From assembly GCA_964016885.1 (NCBI GenBank), contig OZ024742.1, forward strand, positions 249,736,001 to 249,800,000: a stretch of 64,000 nt of DNA, given 5' to 3'. The DNA comes from Eledone cirrhosa (Eukaryota). Positions within the stretch are counted from its first letter, which is position 1. The number at the start of each line of letters is the position of its first letter. Position numbers and translations under genes: made by a program. The notes beneath the pieces are model-generated. The model saw only the letters and a program-made list of their open reading frames with translations. It ran no database searches and was not told the origin of the DNA. Shown piece after piece: positions 12,967-25,813 of this stretch.

Positions 12967-15900
12967 ATGACCTCACTCAGAATAGGCAGCATAAATGCGC
13001 GTGGCTTGGGGTCGTCATGGAAGCAGGGTCACCTGCTCAACGACCTCAGGTCACTAAACATAGATGTAGTGGCCATCAGCGAGACCAGAATCTCCGAAGC
13101 ACGGGCCTTCGCACCGATCTTCGGCGGCTACGATGTGTACGCATCTCCCAGCCGTCCTGGATCAGGTGGAGGAGTTGCTGTGCTTTTTCGGAGAGGTTTG
13201 GATCTCGCCATACGGGCCATCTTCCTGGACCCAGAGGGTAAGCTGGTGGTGCTGGACGTGACCAGCGGAGACGGGCAAGCTTTCAGGCTAGTGGCCGTCT
13301 ATGCCCCGACAGGAGCAGGGCGGCCTGATTTCTTCCGGCGTCTGGAGATCTTTCTTGGAACGTCCCGCTCTTTAGTGTTAGTGGGCGACTGGAACGGGAT
13401 CTTAGATGCACGCTGGGACTGTGTGGGATTAGCGGATAGGGGTGGAGGGTGCAAGAGTCTCACCAACCTGCTCAGGCGTTTTGAACTGTCTGACAGGTAC
13501 CGATTGGATTTCCCGAATGTGCCAATGTGGACTTGGACAAACCGCATAGGGTCATCCAGATCATATCTAGATAGAGTATTTTGTAGGGAAATAGATAGGT
13601 CTAGCATAGGCTGTCCACAATTCAAAATAGTCAGCTACACGGACCACAAATTCGTGATCTGTGTGCTTGACTTAGATAGGCTTCATAGACGAGGACCCGG
13701 CTACTGAAAGCTAAACGCGTCCTTACCAGCGCGCAAGGCCTACAGAGACCGGATTAGCGAACTAGTTAAGCGGGCGTTGACGGGGGCCATCGTCAACAAC
13801 AAGTGGTCGTTTGCTCTGAAAAGAGCGATTAGAATAGAATCGATTAGGTTTAGTAAGGCTTTAGCAATAGAGAAAAATAGAGCAGAGGGAGAACTAGTTA
13901 GAAAATTAGACGAGGCGCTTAGCAAAGGCATTGCGACCGACGTGCTTGCGGCGAAATTGGCCCTTGACCAATTCTTCAATGCAAAGCACGAAGGCTGCGT
14001 TGTCAGAGCTAGGGTGCGTGCTCTCAGACACGAGGGGACGAAAGCCGTTCAATGGGCCCGAGTGGCGGAGGCGCGTCGTGGCAACAAAGCCACGATCCGG
14101 TCTTTGGTGGACCACGACGGGCGCATGCTACTCGATCCCGGGCAAATGTGTGAAGCTTTTCAGCGACACTTCACTCAGCTGTTCGGGGACAGCGGGGGGC
14201 CGGGTAGAGGGATGGACTTTAGTGTCTACCTCGACGGACTGCCGCGGCTCTCGGCCACTGAGGCGAAGTGTTGCGAAAAGCCGATAACAGCCGCTGAAGT
14301 AAGGGAGGCAATGACTGGCTGCACAAGGGGCAAATCGCCTGGTTTGGATGGTCTGCCCTATGAACTTTACGTACAGATGCCAGACTTGTTCGGAGGCCTC
14401 TTGGCGGACGTCTACTGCAACTGGCAACAGAACGGGAGAATTCCCAGTTCTGTGAGCCGAGGAGCGGTGGCACTGCTGAGAAAGGATTCGAACAAGGGGG
14501 ATAACATAGAAAATTTCCGGCCCATAACTCTGCTAAACACAGAGTTTAAGATTTTGGCCAAGGTGCTAGCAAAGAGGTTGGCGCTTGTCGTTGGTGGTCT
14601 GGTGGGAGAGGCGCAGACATGCGCCATTCCCGACAGATCCATCCACGACAACCTCCACCTCATGCGATACATCGTAGAGAGGGTAGCTAGGGAACCTGGC
14701 ACGGGTGGGTCCTTGATCAATTTAGATCAGTCGAAAGCTTTCGATAGGGTCGACCATCGTTACCTAGCGGCAGTCCTGAGGGCGGCTGGCTTTGGGCCCG
14801 TCTTCAGAGGCTGGATCGCTGCCATGCACAACGACATCTGCTCTGTGATGAGAGTGAACGGTCACCTGTCAGAACCGTTCAACATCATGCGCTCTGTCCG
14901 CCAAGGATGTCCCCTCTCGTCCCTCTTGTACGTATTGACTCTCGAGCCATTACTGCACAAACTGGAGACGTTGAGGGGAGTCCCGCGCGAACTAGGATGC
15001 GGAAGATCCGTGTCAGCATATGCGGACGATGTCACCGTACTGGTGTCGAACGCCAAACACATCGAGGCGATCGGCACTACACTAAGAGAATACGAAGCGG
15101 TGACAGGAGCAATGATCAACCAGGAAAAGTCAGTGGGCCTGCAGCTCGGCACCTGGAGAGGCAGGTCCATGCCGTCCAACAGCGTCGTCGGACGCTGGAC
15201 GGACGGACTGGTTAAATTGCTAGGGGTCTGGTTCGGTCCGGACCTCCAGACGGACAAAAACTGGGACGAAGTGACGAGCAGGGTGGCTTCTCTCACCCAG
15301 AAATGGGCGGAGAGGAAGCTATCCCTGAAAGGTCGAGCGGAGGTGGCTAACGCGTACATCGCGTCCGTCATCTGCTACCGCCTGACCGTCGTACCTTGTC
15401 CTAAGCCTCGCCTGACTGCGCTGGAGCGTTTGCTCTTTCGCTTTTTGTGGAAGGGACGCGCTCCGATGGTCAGGCGGTCCATCTGTTGTCAACACCCGCT
15501 ACGCGGAGGGCTGGGCATGCCGTGGCTGATGATGCGCAGGCACGCGCTCAGGCTACGACATCTCCACCTCTTCCTCGACGGTGATCAGGTGTGGTCGCCG
15601 TTTGCTAGACGCGTCTTTCCCCAGCTCGTTTCCTTGACGGAGCTGCAGTCCTGGGTCAAGCGAAGACCGAGAGGGAGCGCCTGGAGACTGGAATGTCTTC
15701 AGGCGCTCACAGCCCTCGACCAATCGGGCAATGTGATCGGTGGAAACTCCACCTCGGCGTTCTATAGAGGATTAGTGGAGGGGAAGAGCGACGACGTACT
15801 TGGGGAAACTCTAGGCGTCGACGAAAATCAACTAGCCAATCTCTTCGGAAGAACTTTCGGGCCGGGGCCTATGGACAACTTCCAGAAATATCTGGCCTGG

Positions 15901-16386
15901 CAGTGCTAACGAGGAGCCTTGCCAGTTCGGGATAAACTCTACAGGCATTGAGGTGCCGTCAGTCGGGCATGTCCGAGATGCGCGCAGGGCGACGAAACCG
16001 TCCTGCACGCACTCGTCCAGTGTCCGAAAATTGCTGACTTGTGGGTTTATGTCGAACACCTGCTGTCGCGTTTAGGACGGATCCGGCTATCATCTGAGTC
16101 CATCGTGAGGATTGCCCCGCCCTCCTCCTTTATCCGGGAAGGGCAGGCAGTTTTTATCTGTCTGGTGGCCATGGCGAAAGAGATAGTATGGTGGACACGT
16201 TTGAAAGGGCTGAAGACGAGCACTTACCTCTTCGGTGATGCTCTGATTGACTTTTTCAAATTCCATTTGAAAAGGAAAATCAGAGTAGAGAGGGAAGTGC
16301 TCTCTTCCCAGCATTTTGTTGAAAGATGGGTGAGAGAAGCAAGAATGGCCCGAGTGAATGGGCCTACTCTGAGCATATATCTGTAA
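12967..16386 (+). pseudogene. Tx1 ORF2 (AP endonuclease + reverse transcriptase + C-terminal zinc motif) with in-frame stops at 13705, 15907 and about 15949
   Basis: SINARGL, ISET, VGDWN, YLDR, TDH (APE); KSPGLDG, FRPITLLN, DQSKAFDRV, RQGCPLS, YADD (RT); CPRC..HALVQC. Confidence 0.95.
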
Positions 16387-16676
16387 ATTAAAGGTGGAAA
16401 ACTGGGAGAGGGCACTTGCCTTGGTGGTCAGGGTCATTGTGGCTTTTTACTGGGCTTTCTCCACAAATGTCCCTCCGAAGTCTCCCCCCTATTGGGGAAT
16501 TTTTCATTGTTATTTTCATTGTTATTTTTGTTACATCCTCTGTTTTTGTTTTTTACACGCAGAAATGCCCATTTGTACCGTCCTGCATTGTCCTGCACTG
16601 TCCTTAATGTCTACTTTATGTAAACCCTTGTGGTTAATAAAGAAATCATTATTATTACTATTATTAGTATTATTAT

Positions 16677-16721
<45 letters not shown>

Positions 16722-16725
<4 letters not shown>

Positions 16726-18112
16726 AAGAGTCCTGCAATCCCCCTATAGTTTAAAAAAATCTTATTCCCAACATTAGCCGCAAGATTTCTACCTTATCTT
16801 CGTCTCTAGATATAATAAAGCCCTTAATAACAGCGGATTTACAGAACACATTAATTATTTACCTACTCCTCCCCCTAAAACTAACCACAATAATAGGAAA
16901 AGGAAAATGATTTGGTTTACAGCCCCCTTCTCTCTAATTGTCAAAACTAATGTAGGAAGGAAATTCCTTGACCTCTTAGACAAACATTTTCCTCCTAATC
17001 ATAGATATTATTAGATATTTAATAGAAATGTAGTTAAAATCATTTAATCTTGCTGCCCATCAATGAAGTCTAAAATCACCAATTCTAATCGTACGAGAAT
17101 AAATCCAGGATTCAGTTGCAGGAAGCCGGATGAATGCCCATTACAGGGCAAATGTAACACAAATCCATTGAATATGAGGCCAAAGTGACACCTTTAATTA
17201 ACAACCAGCCAGCCAGGAGTGAACGATATGTTGGCATGACTCAGGACAGTTTTAAAACCAGGTGTTATGCCCATGTCACTTCTTTTAAACACTCCGATAA
17301 AAGAACAGCAACGGCTCTCGCAAATAAGGTGTGGGAATTAAAGGATAAAAACATCCCGTACTCTATCGATTGGTCTATTTTAGACCATTCGAGGGAGTAC
17401 CAAAGGGGCACAAAGAATTGTTCTTTGTGTACCATTGAAAAATTTAGGATTTTACAAAACTTGAAAGCCACTTCAACTTGCCTGAACTCCAAGACCGAGA
17501 TGTTGTCCTCGCCTGAAATCACATTTGATCTGTAACTGAATTGACATTCCTACGATGACTCAACCACCTTGAACTTCTTCTCTGCTCTCTACGCCTTACA
17601 TCCACTACGATTTTTTTACTTTCTGAACTCACTTTTTATACTCTTATATCCTTGTTCTCCCTTATCTCCCCTTATATTTAAACTTTTCCTATGTCATTTA
17701 TTTTCCTTATTTCCCCCTACTTTCTACCTTACCCTTTACATACCCACCTTTTTATTTTTAGATATTTATTTCTGTGTGTGTGTGAGTTGTGTATATGTGT
17801 ATATATGTATATATATATGTATGTATATGTATATATAATTATATATATCTGTATGTATATGTATGTGTGTATATAATTGTATTTTATATGTATCTGTTGT
17901 AATTTTGTGTGTGTATATATATATATATATATGTGTGTGTGCGTGTGTGTGTGTTTATATGTGTGTATGTGTATTTTTATTAAGGTGGTGACGTAACTTT
18001 TGTAGATTTGTGTGTGTGTGTATATGTATTTTTATATATATGTTTGTGTGTGTATATATATAATAGCCTCAGGGGTGGCTTGGGCTCTGCCGTCGGGGTA
18101 ATACTTTTTCCT
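16722..18112 (+). mobile_element. Penelope-like element, 5'-truncated and decayed (RT thumb, linker, GIY-YIG, terminal repeat remnant)
   Basis: RKRKMIWFTAPFS..GRKFLDLLDKHFPPNHRY; YVGMTQDSFKTRCYAH..CSLCTIEK (ORF 17185..17535); hammerhead 3'-half remnant GGCTCTGCCGTCGGGGT at about 18082-18098; starts at (TA)n. Confidence 0.88.
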
Positions 18113-18469
18113 ATATGTATATATATATGTATATGTATGTATATGTATGTATAGATGTGTGTATTTGTATGGTTGTGTGCGTGTGTGTGTGTGTGTATAT
18201 ATATATGTATGTGTATGTATATGCATAATTACATGCAGAGTGATTTAATGCTTATTTTCATTGATTATTTGCTCCAGGAACTTGTTGAGTGCTCTAAATC
18301 AGCTAAAAACATTTATACCCTTATCTATTTATTTATTTATTATTTGTCGTATTCCCAACTATTTGTTTACCCCTTCCACTTTTTATTTTTTTATATATAT
18401 ATAATATTTATGTATTTTCTTATATATATATATGTGTGTGTGTATGTATATATATATATATATATATAA

Positions 18470-18540
<71 letters not shown>

Positions 18541-18587
18541 TATATATAATATTTATGTATTTTCTTATATATATATATGTGTGTGTG

Positions 18588-18749
<162 letters not shown>

Positions 18750-18770
18750 TATATATATATATATATATAT

Positions 18771-18841
<71 letters not shown>

Positions 18842-18844
<3 letters not shown>

Positions 18845-19783
18845 TATGAATAAAGAGTTCAAAACTCAGGCAGTCGTTTACAATGAAATAGCTCAAAGAA
18901 AGAAGTATTTCTGAGCCGTTTAATACAAGATAATATAAATTAATATATATGATAAACACAGATACCAACATATCAGTGTTTGTATTGTAAATGACTAAGT
19001 TAGCTAGATTGAAAAATACTAATCTACGGAACAGGTTTGATTTTGAAATTTTAATTTGTCTAAGTACCACGGCTATTTGCCAATATGGTTTGTTTTTATT
19101 GATTTATTATTTTAAATCGAGACAGGCAAACTGTATTATTATAATTAGTATTTTTCAATCTAGCGAACTTAGTCATTTACAATACAAACACTGATATGTT
19201 GGTATCTGTGTTTATCATATATATTAATTTATATATTCTTGTATTACACGGCTCAGAAATACTTCTTTCTTTGAGCTATTTCATTGTAAACGACTGCCTG
19301 AGTTTTGAACTCTTTATTCATAGTATCACTGCTCCTTATGTTGAGCTAACTTTAGCCCCATATAAACGGCTGTTATTTCTAGCAGCACGAGTATGCGGCA
19401 GCTAGAAACTGAACAACCATGTGCGTTAATGAGTCTTTTTAAATATTTTGAAGTGAAACATACCAATTTTTCAGGGTACTTACTGAGGAGATCTGATTGT
19501 GGTATTTTTTCACCTTTTTCACTTTTTCATTTATCGAAACATATTTGGATTTTAAAGTTTAAACTTATCTACGGAACAGGTGTGATTTTGAAATTTAAAT
19601 TTGTCTAAGTACCACGGCTATTTGCCAATATGGTTTGTTTTTATTGATTTATTATTTTAAATCGAGACAGGCAAACTGTATAATTATAATTAGTATTTTT
19701 CAATCAAGCTAACTTAGTCATTTACAATACAAACACTGATATGTTGGTATCTGTGTTTATCATATATATTAATCTATATTATC
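18842..19783 (+). mobile_element. Non-coding hammerhead-bearing element: 545-bp partial tandem plus 5' inverted arm, in (TA)n
   Basis: 19022-19235 repeats at 19567-19780; 18842-19022 is the inverse of 19145-19325. Confidence 0.8.
19475..19613 (+). ncRNA. Type I hammerhead ribozyme with long stem III
   Basis: ggtactta-CTGAGGA-gat...atc-GAAA-catatttggattttaaagtt...gattttgaaatttaaattt-GTC-taagtacc; 8-bp stem I. Confidence 0.8.
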
Positions 19784-19784
19784 T

Positions 19785-19871
<87 letters not shown>

Positions 19872-19982
19872 GTATATGTGTATATATATATTTAAGAGTT
19901 AAACAAGGTTCAATGAATACATGTGAGAATGAGATTTACAGACATATATGTGTGTGTATGTATTTATATGTATGTATGTGTG

Positions 19983-20069
<87 letters not shown>

Positions 20070-20596
20070 ATGTATGTGTGTATGTATATGTATGTGTATA
20101 TGTATGTGTGTGTCTGTATGTATTTATTTATATGTATGTATGTGTATGTGTATTTGTGTGTATTGCTTACCACGTGTTTTTGTTCATTTATTTGTTCCTG
20201 TATCGCTGTCAACTTTATAATAATTTTTACATTTATTTTTATTTTTATGTGACGGCCAATATGGTCGTCTATTGTTTTTTTATTTTTATTATTATATTTT
20301 TTCTCATAATTAATTGTGTGTGTGCGTATGTAGGTGTGTGTACATATATCTATATTTGTGTGTGCGTATGTATGCGTGTATATATGTGTGTATGTATGTG
20401 TGTGTATGTACGTGTTTATATGTGTATGGTTATGTGTGTATATATATATATACATGTATATATATATATACATACATGTGTGTGTGTGTGTTTCTGTATT
20501 TGTGTGTATGTGTATGTATGGATATGTGGATATATATGTGTGTATGTATGTATATGTATATGTATGTGTATTTGTACATGTATGTATATGTGTATG

Positions 20597-20641
<45 letters not shown>

Positions 20642-20794
20642 ATATATATGTGTATCTATATATGTGTGTGTATGTATATGTGTGTGTGCGCATGTGTCTT
20701 TATTTTTCCTTTCCTTCTTCCTTTTCCAGCCTCACTTTCATATAGATTATATTTTTGTTTTTAAAATCCAATGTCAATAAATACACCAGGACTT

Positions 20795-20856
20795 TTTCAT
20801 TCTGATGATTGAAAGCAAAAATTTGTTTGCTTCAAAGAAACCACTGGTAAATGAAA
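20795..20856 (+). ncRNA. Type I hammerhead ribozyme
   Basis: tttcatt-CTGATGA-ttgaaagcaaa...tttgcttcaaa-GAAA-ccactgg-TA-aatgaaa. Confidence 0.8.
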
Positions 20857-20877
20857 TAATTACCTTATGTTGCTTAT

Positions 20878-20915
<38 letters not shown>

Positions 20916-21152
20916 TTAGAAACACGCAGATACATGCGGACACACACATATACATATACATGAATGCATCCGCACCCAACCGTGAGTTAAGGGTGCCAAC
21001 TTCACCGATGTTGCTCAATGAATGACTGGGACAGACCAATCCGGTTGAACTAGACTGAACCAGTATCAGAGTTAAAAATACATTATGAAGAGAGAAGAAA
21101 CATTTAGATATAATTAGTAATAAAATGTATCATACCTAAACTGCTCCTAGAT

Positions 21153-21242
21153 TCCTCGACTACGTAGTTTCGTGGGATAAACAAAAACAATACATCATAA
21201 AGATATAGAGTCCTTGCGAGGTCTGCCGAATTATCAAGAGGA
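21153..21242 (-). ncRNA. Type I hammerhead ribozyme, U3:A8 core variant
   Basis: Minus strand tcctc-TTGATAA-...cac-GAAA-ctacgtag-TC-gagga. Confidence 0.65.
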
Positions 21243-21584
21243 TACCTCATTTTACTAGTCTCAAGAACGCGTCTACACGACGTGAGAAAGAATCCCAAAA
21301 GGCGGAGGGGGAGACAGTCACGCGATATAACGGTCGAGAAACAGAGCTAAGCCTCTTATAACCCCGAAGAAAATACCACGGAGGCGGAGGGGGTATTTAT
21401 ATCGAAGCCGTAGAAGAGGTGGTGAAGGAGGCGAGAAGTATGAGTAATGGAAGCCTTCCAGCAGTGCCCACACTTCAAAGATTGCTCGACCAGAGGGAGT
21501 TATTAACAATATATTTAGAAACACACAGATACATGCGGACACACACATATACATATACATGAATGCATCCGCACCCAAGAGGTA

Positions 21585-21674
21585 TCCTCTTGATAAGTCG
21601 GCAGACCTCGCAAGGACTCTATAACTTTATGATGTATTGTTTTTGTTTATGCCACGAAACTACGTAGTCGAGGA
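21585..21674 (+). ncRNA. Type I hammerhead ribozyme, U3:A8 core variant
   Basis: tcctc-TTGATAA-gtcggca...tgccac-GAAA-ctacgtag-TC-gagga; palindromic stem III. Confidence 0.75.
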
Positions 21675-21743
21675 ATCTAGGAGCAGTTTAGGTATGATAC
21701 ATTTTATTACTAATTATATCTAAATGTTTCTTCTCTCTTCATA

Positions 21744-21793
<50 letters not shown>

Positions 21794-22096
21794 TTATCGA
21801 TATATATATCGGAGTTCGATTCTTCGTAGCACTTGCTGCCCAAATTTCTGCCTATAAAGTATTTTACCGGATTTCCAAAACTATTATTCATAACACCCGA
21901 CTATGGTTACAGTTATATTCTGCTGCATTTGAAAGTTCTACATTTTCCAAGTATATAAATATATATATCATATTTTTTCTTATTGTATTTTATCAATTGA
22001 GAATTATCGTACGGAACATCCATATGAGTGAAATGAAAAACATTAAACATGGAATTCACACTTATGCATGTTGTCTCTCATTTGTGTTTTACTGAT

Positions 22097-22325
22097 AGGC
22101 GCATGGCCTAATGGTTTGGGGCTTGAACGTACGATCACAATCAATTTTGTTGGCTCGAATCCTGGGCATGAGCAAAGCACTTCATTTCACTTTGTCCCAG
22201 TACGCTCATCTAAAAGTGAGTACCAGCAGTAACTGGGAGTCAACCCTGTGATAAACCGGCATCCTGTCCAGAAGGAGGAATCTTTCACTCTCGGTCACAT
22301 AACGCTAAAGAAGCCCGCGATAAGC
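22097..22325 (+). mobile_element. Diverged tRNA-derived SINE
   Basis: AGGCGCATGGCCTAATGGTT A-box-like and GGCTCGAATCC B-box-like head; a further degenerate SINE head follows at about 22485-22540. Confidence 0.55.
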
Positions 22326-23562
22326 ACAGTCTTGAAACAGAATTTAATTTGAGTAACTTAGCTAAGGGCCCTAGTCTAACCATGAAAAGCAATTGGTAAT
22401 AAAGCCTCTTGCCGCTTTAATCATAGGAACACCAAAGACAAGCTTATGGTGGCAAGTCTAAAACCTTCATTACAGAAGGTTTTCGGGTTAATGGTTAGAT
22501 AATAACATGCATAATCATGAGGTTGCAAGTTCGATTACTGGACTCGTGACGCGTTTTGTACCCGAGAAAGATATTTTATTTCACGTTGCTTCAGTTCACA
22601 TCGTTAACGTGGAGAGGAGACACTGGCATTCGTGGGCGACGGCTGGTCGTCCACAAAATCACTTTGTCCTGGCTTGTGCACCACTGAAATTTTTAGGTGC
22701 AGATCCCATGGTCATTCGTGACCTAATGGGTTATTTTACATTAAATATTTGATCATGTATCTCTTAAAAATTCTAAACTCGCTATAATACAACATATGAT
22801 CAAGCTATAAGGTGTAGCAAAGCACCATTTTTATGAAACGTTAAATTATGTGAAAGGTACACCGTTGCACTACGAAATATGTGAACCGAGATAATTATAT
22901 GGATGACGAATAATTACCTCATGCAGGTTGATATATAATAGTTGAGGGGTAAAGAACTCAATGACACCTAACTGAGAGAAATAATGTCAGCGTTGCATGT
23001 TACAAAAGAATATAATATAAATAAAAATATTGTAAAACTGTATATAATGGGAAAATAAAGCAGGCACAGATATTAAAGCAAACATATGATAAATTTAACT
23101 GCAATTACTAATTAAACGCTGCAAGTGGGGTAATGAAAAATATACTGTTTACACCTGGCTAATTTTACGGCTGATTACTTCGCCGTTAACGAACACATGA
23201 TAGGTGGTACTAAGAATGCTAACTTAAAGACCTATAAAAGCATATTTACATGAGAAACTAAGTATAACACAGAAGAGGGAGCAATTAATATAAACATTTT
23301 AATAGCTAAACAAATACAGTTCAACCTTACATGACAAATTGTTTAGTCTGTTATATATATGGGTGGAAGGCGGTGGCTGTATATCATATATGGTGAGATT
23401 TGTAAACCCATTTGTCACTATATTTCTAACAAAAGACATCCTGTCATTTTCAAATAATTTTAAAAATAATCAAGACTATGGAAAGATTCAGATTTTTAAT
23501 TGAAATTTTGATTCTTAGATTCCTGTTTGAGGGACGCAATGGAATCAGACACGCATACATAC

Positions 23563-23619
<57 letters not shown>

Positions 23620-23623
<4 letters not shown>

Positions 23624-24013
23624 GGCAATCTCAAAAGTAAGGTCTCCTTCCGATATTGCAACTTTTCCGTTAAAATCCTGTGGATGGTGCTTCGGAAAAC
23701 CTCAGGAACCAAAATGCAGGAAGCATCCAGAGTGATGCGCCGATCTTTACGCATGATTTCCTCGGAAGAAGACCTTACATTTGGGATTGCCTTCGTATAT
23801 AATAACTACGCGAAATTCGCACTTTGCGGTAGCGTTCAACGGGAACTCCATTCTCAACGGTTGCCAAGCCAAGATTGAGCATCCCAGCGAAGCGCGCACA
23901 TGCTTGTTTGGGAGTGAAGGAAGCACCAATCACAACAGTGTTGCCAGCAGCCGTACGAACAGTTTCTCTGCGTCCCCATTGCTTTGGAGACCTTACTTCT
24001 GGGATTAACCTCG
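23620..24013 (-). mobile_element. Tc1/mariner internally deleted derivative
   Basis: About 28-bp TIRs CGAGGGCAATCTCAAAAGTAAGGTCTC / GAGACCTTACTTCTGGGATTAACCTCG with TA on both sides; transposase remnant RKDRRITL..STIHRILTEKLQYRK. Confidence 0.8.
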
Positions 24014-24029
24014 TATATATATATATATA

Positions 24030-24700
24030 TATATGAGAATAAATGTGCTGCATGGTTGCTAATGGGTTACATATGAATAAAGTTAGTCCTTCATCAGTGA
24101 TCTTCCAACCATCATTGGTATTTCATCGCTTTAAAGACCATATACCTCCGGTTGATGCGAGCAACGGCTAAAAATAGTCGTTGGGTCACGTAAATAAAGG
24201 GGACACGAGAGTGTAAACAAACAAAGATGGTGAAGCAACGAAAAGTGAGGAAGAAGGAGTCAAGTCCCAAATTTCCATGAATATAAGTTCGGTGAAATCG
24301 TGAACGAGAGAGAATAAAGACCATCAAACCTGGTTGGAATGTGAGCAAGGAAGGAATTCCGTACAGGTCTAACGGGAGGAAGAAGGGATCTAGTCTGTGA
24401 ATTCGGTGAACGTAAGTTCTGTGAAATCGTAGACGAGAGAGACAAAAAAAGCGACCTGCCTGACCAAGGGTGCAAAAGAAAAGAATTACGCACAGGTCAA
24501 ACGGGAAGAAGGAGGAGGATGAGAGGTAGTATGTATGTATGTAGCAACGTTACACACGGTGAAAAGTAATCCGTGAGCCAATTGGATAAAGCCATCTGAC
24601 TTCGTTACCAGCCACACCCTGGGTACTGAAACTCCATGTATAAAGGTGAGATTGCAGAATATTGCATTCAGGCTGCACAGCATATGTGTTAATACAATAT
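24030..24700 (-). mobile_element. Non-coding (TA)n-inserted element, diverged relative of 29115-29972, with rearranged hammerhead core strands at 24085-24148
   Basis: Shares blocks CTGCATGGTTGC, TCATCAGTGAT, ATCATTGGTATTTCA and CATATACCTC with 29144-29243. Confidence 0.65.
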
Positions 24701-24786
24701 AGATAAATAATTAGATAAATAGACGGTAGACAGTTATATATGCACATATATATGTGTGTTTACGTTTATATATGTACGTATATATG

Positions 24787-24918
<132 letters not shown>

Positions 24919-25314
24919 GTGTGTGTGTGTAAGGGTGGGTGCGTGTGTGTTTGATGGATTGGTAGATAGAAATGTTTGGTGACATACATCGATGTAATAT
25001 TTGTAATATATGTAATGAAATATATGTAATGTGTCATATGAGGAAAGACGTGTAACAGAGGAACCTCATAGAGTCAACCAGGCGTTGTTGGACAGAGAGG
25101 GGGGGGGGGGCTCAAGCCAATTAAATCACTACGCATACACGTAAACACTCTTTTTTTATGTATATGCCATATCGTATGCATGATATCTTAGCTGCCGTAC
25201 TAATATGTACAAATATCACAGACAAGCTGTGGTAGATACTTCTGTTGAATAACAGCTAAACATATCCAATGGATTGGCAATGACAATCCAAATAACGGAG
25301 GTTCAAGTTCAGCT

Positions 25315-25355
<41 letters not shown>

Positions 25356-25357
<2 letters not shown>

Positions 25358-25595
25358 GTGGGAAAGTAAGAAATCGGAGAATAGATCGTTAAAACATGTT
25401 TTAACGGTCTATTCTCCGATTTCTTACGTTCCCACGTGCTTACGCTCTGCTAATTCTCTAGTCCACTACATATTGACACTTCGAATATGTAATACTGCCG
25501 GCACTAGTATCGAGCACCTTTGGCGTACGCTACTTGGCAAATAACTATGTATCACCTATACTCCCCTTTTTCTCTCTCTCGATACGTAAATACTG
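25356..25595. repeat. Short fold-back element in (TA)n (~82-bp palindrome plus unique tail)
   Basis: acgtgggaa.gtaagaaatcggagaataga.cgttaaaaca|tgttttaacg.tctattctccgatttcttac.ttcccacgt. Confidence 0.75.
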
Positions 25596-25621
25596 TATAT
25601 GTATATATATATATATATATA

Positions 25622-25714
<93 letters not shown>

Positions 25715-25813
25715 GTGTGCGTGTGTGTGTATGCGTGTGTGCGTATGCGTATGTATCAACAGTCAACAGTAAACAACGGGACAACACACTATCATATATA
25801 TATATATATATAT

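Larger units (their letters stand above)
10621..16648 (+). mobile_element. Full-length Tx1/L1-clade LINE inserted in (ATT)n
   Basis: 5'UTR, ORF1 with zinc knuckle, ORF2 APE-RT-Zn, AATAAA at about 16636; (ATT)n on both sides. Confidence 0.93.
20909..21747 (-). mobile_element. Non-coding hammerhead-bearing element: ~599-bp partial tandem plus inverted arm, in (TA)n
   Basis: 20909-20979 repeats at 21508-21578; 21079-21248 is the inverse of 21579-21748. Confidence 0.8.

Noticed and set aside
24085-24130. Alternative reading of ATGA...CTGATGA as a SECIS element or box C/D snoRNA
   Set aside because: Helix length, apical AA and box spacing do not fit, and there is no UGA-containing ORF upstream
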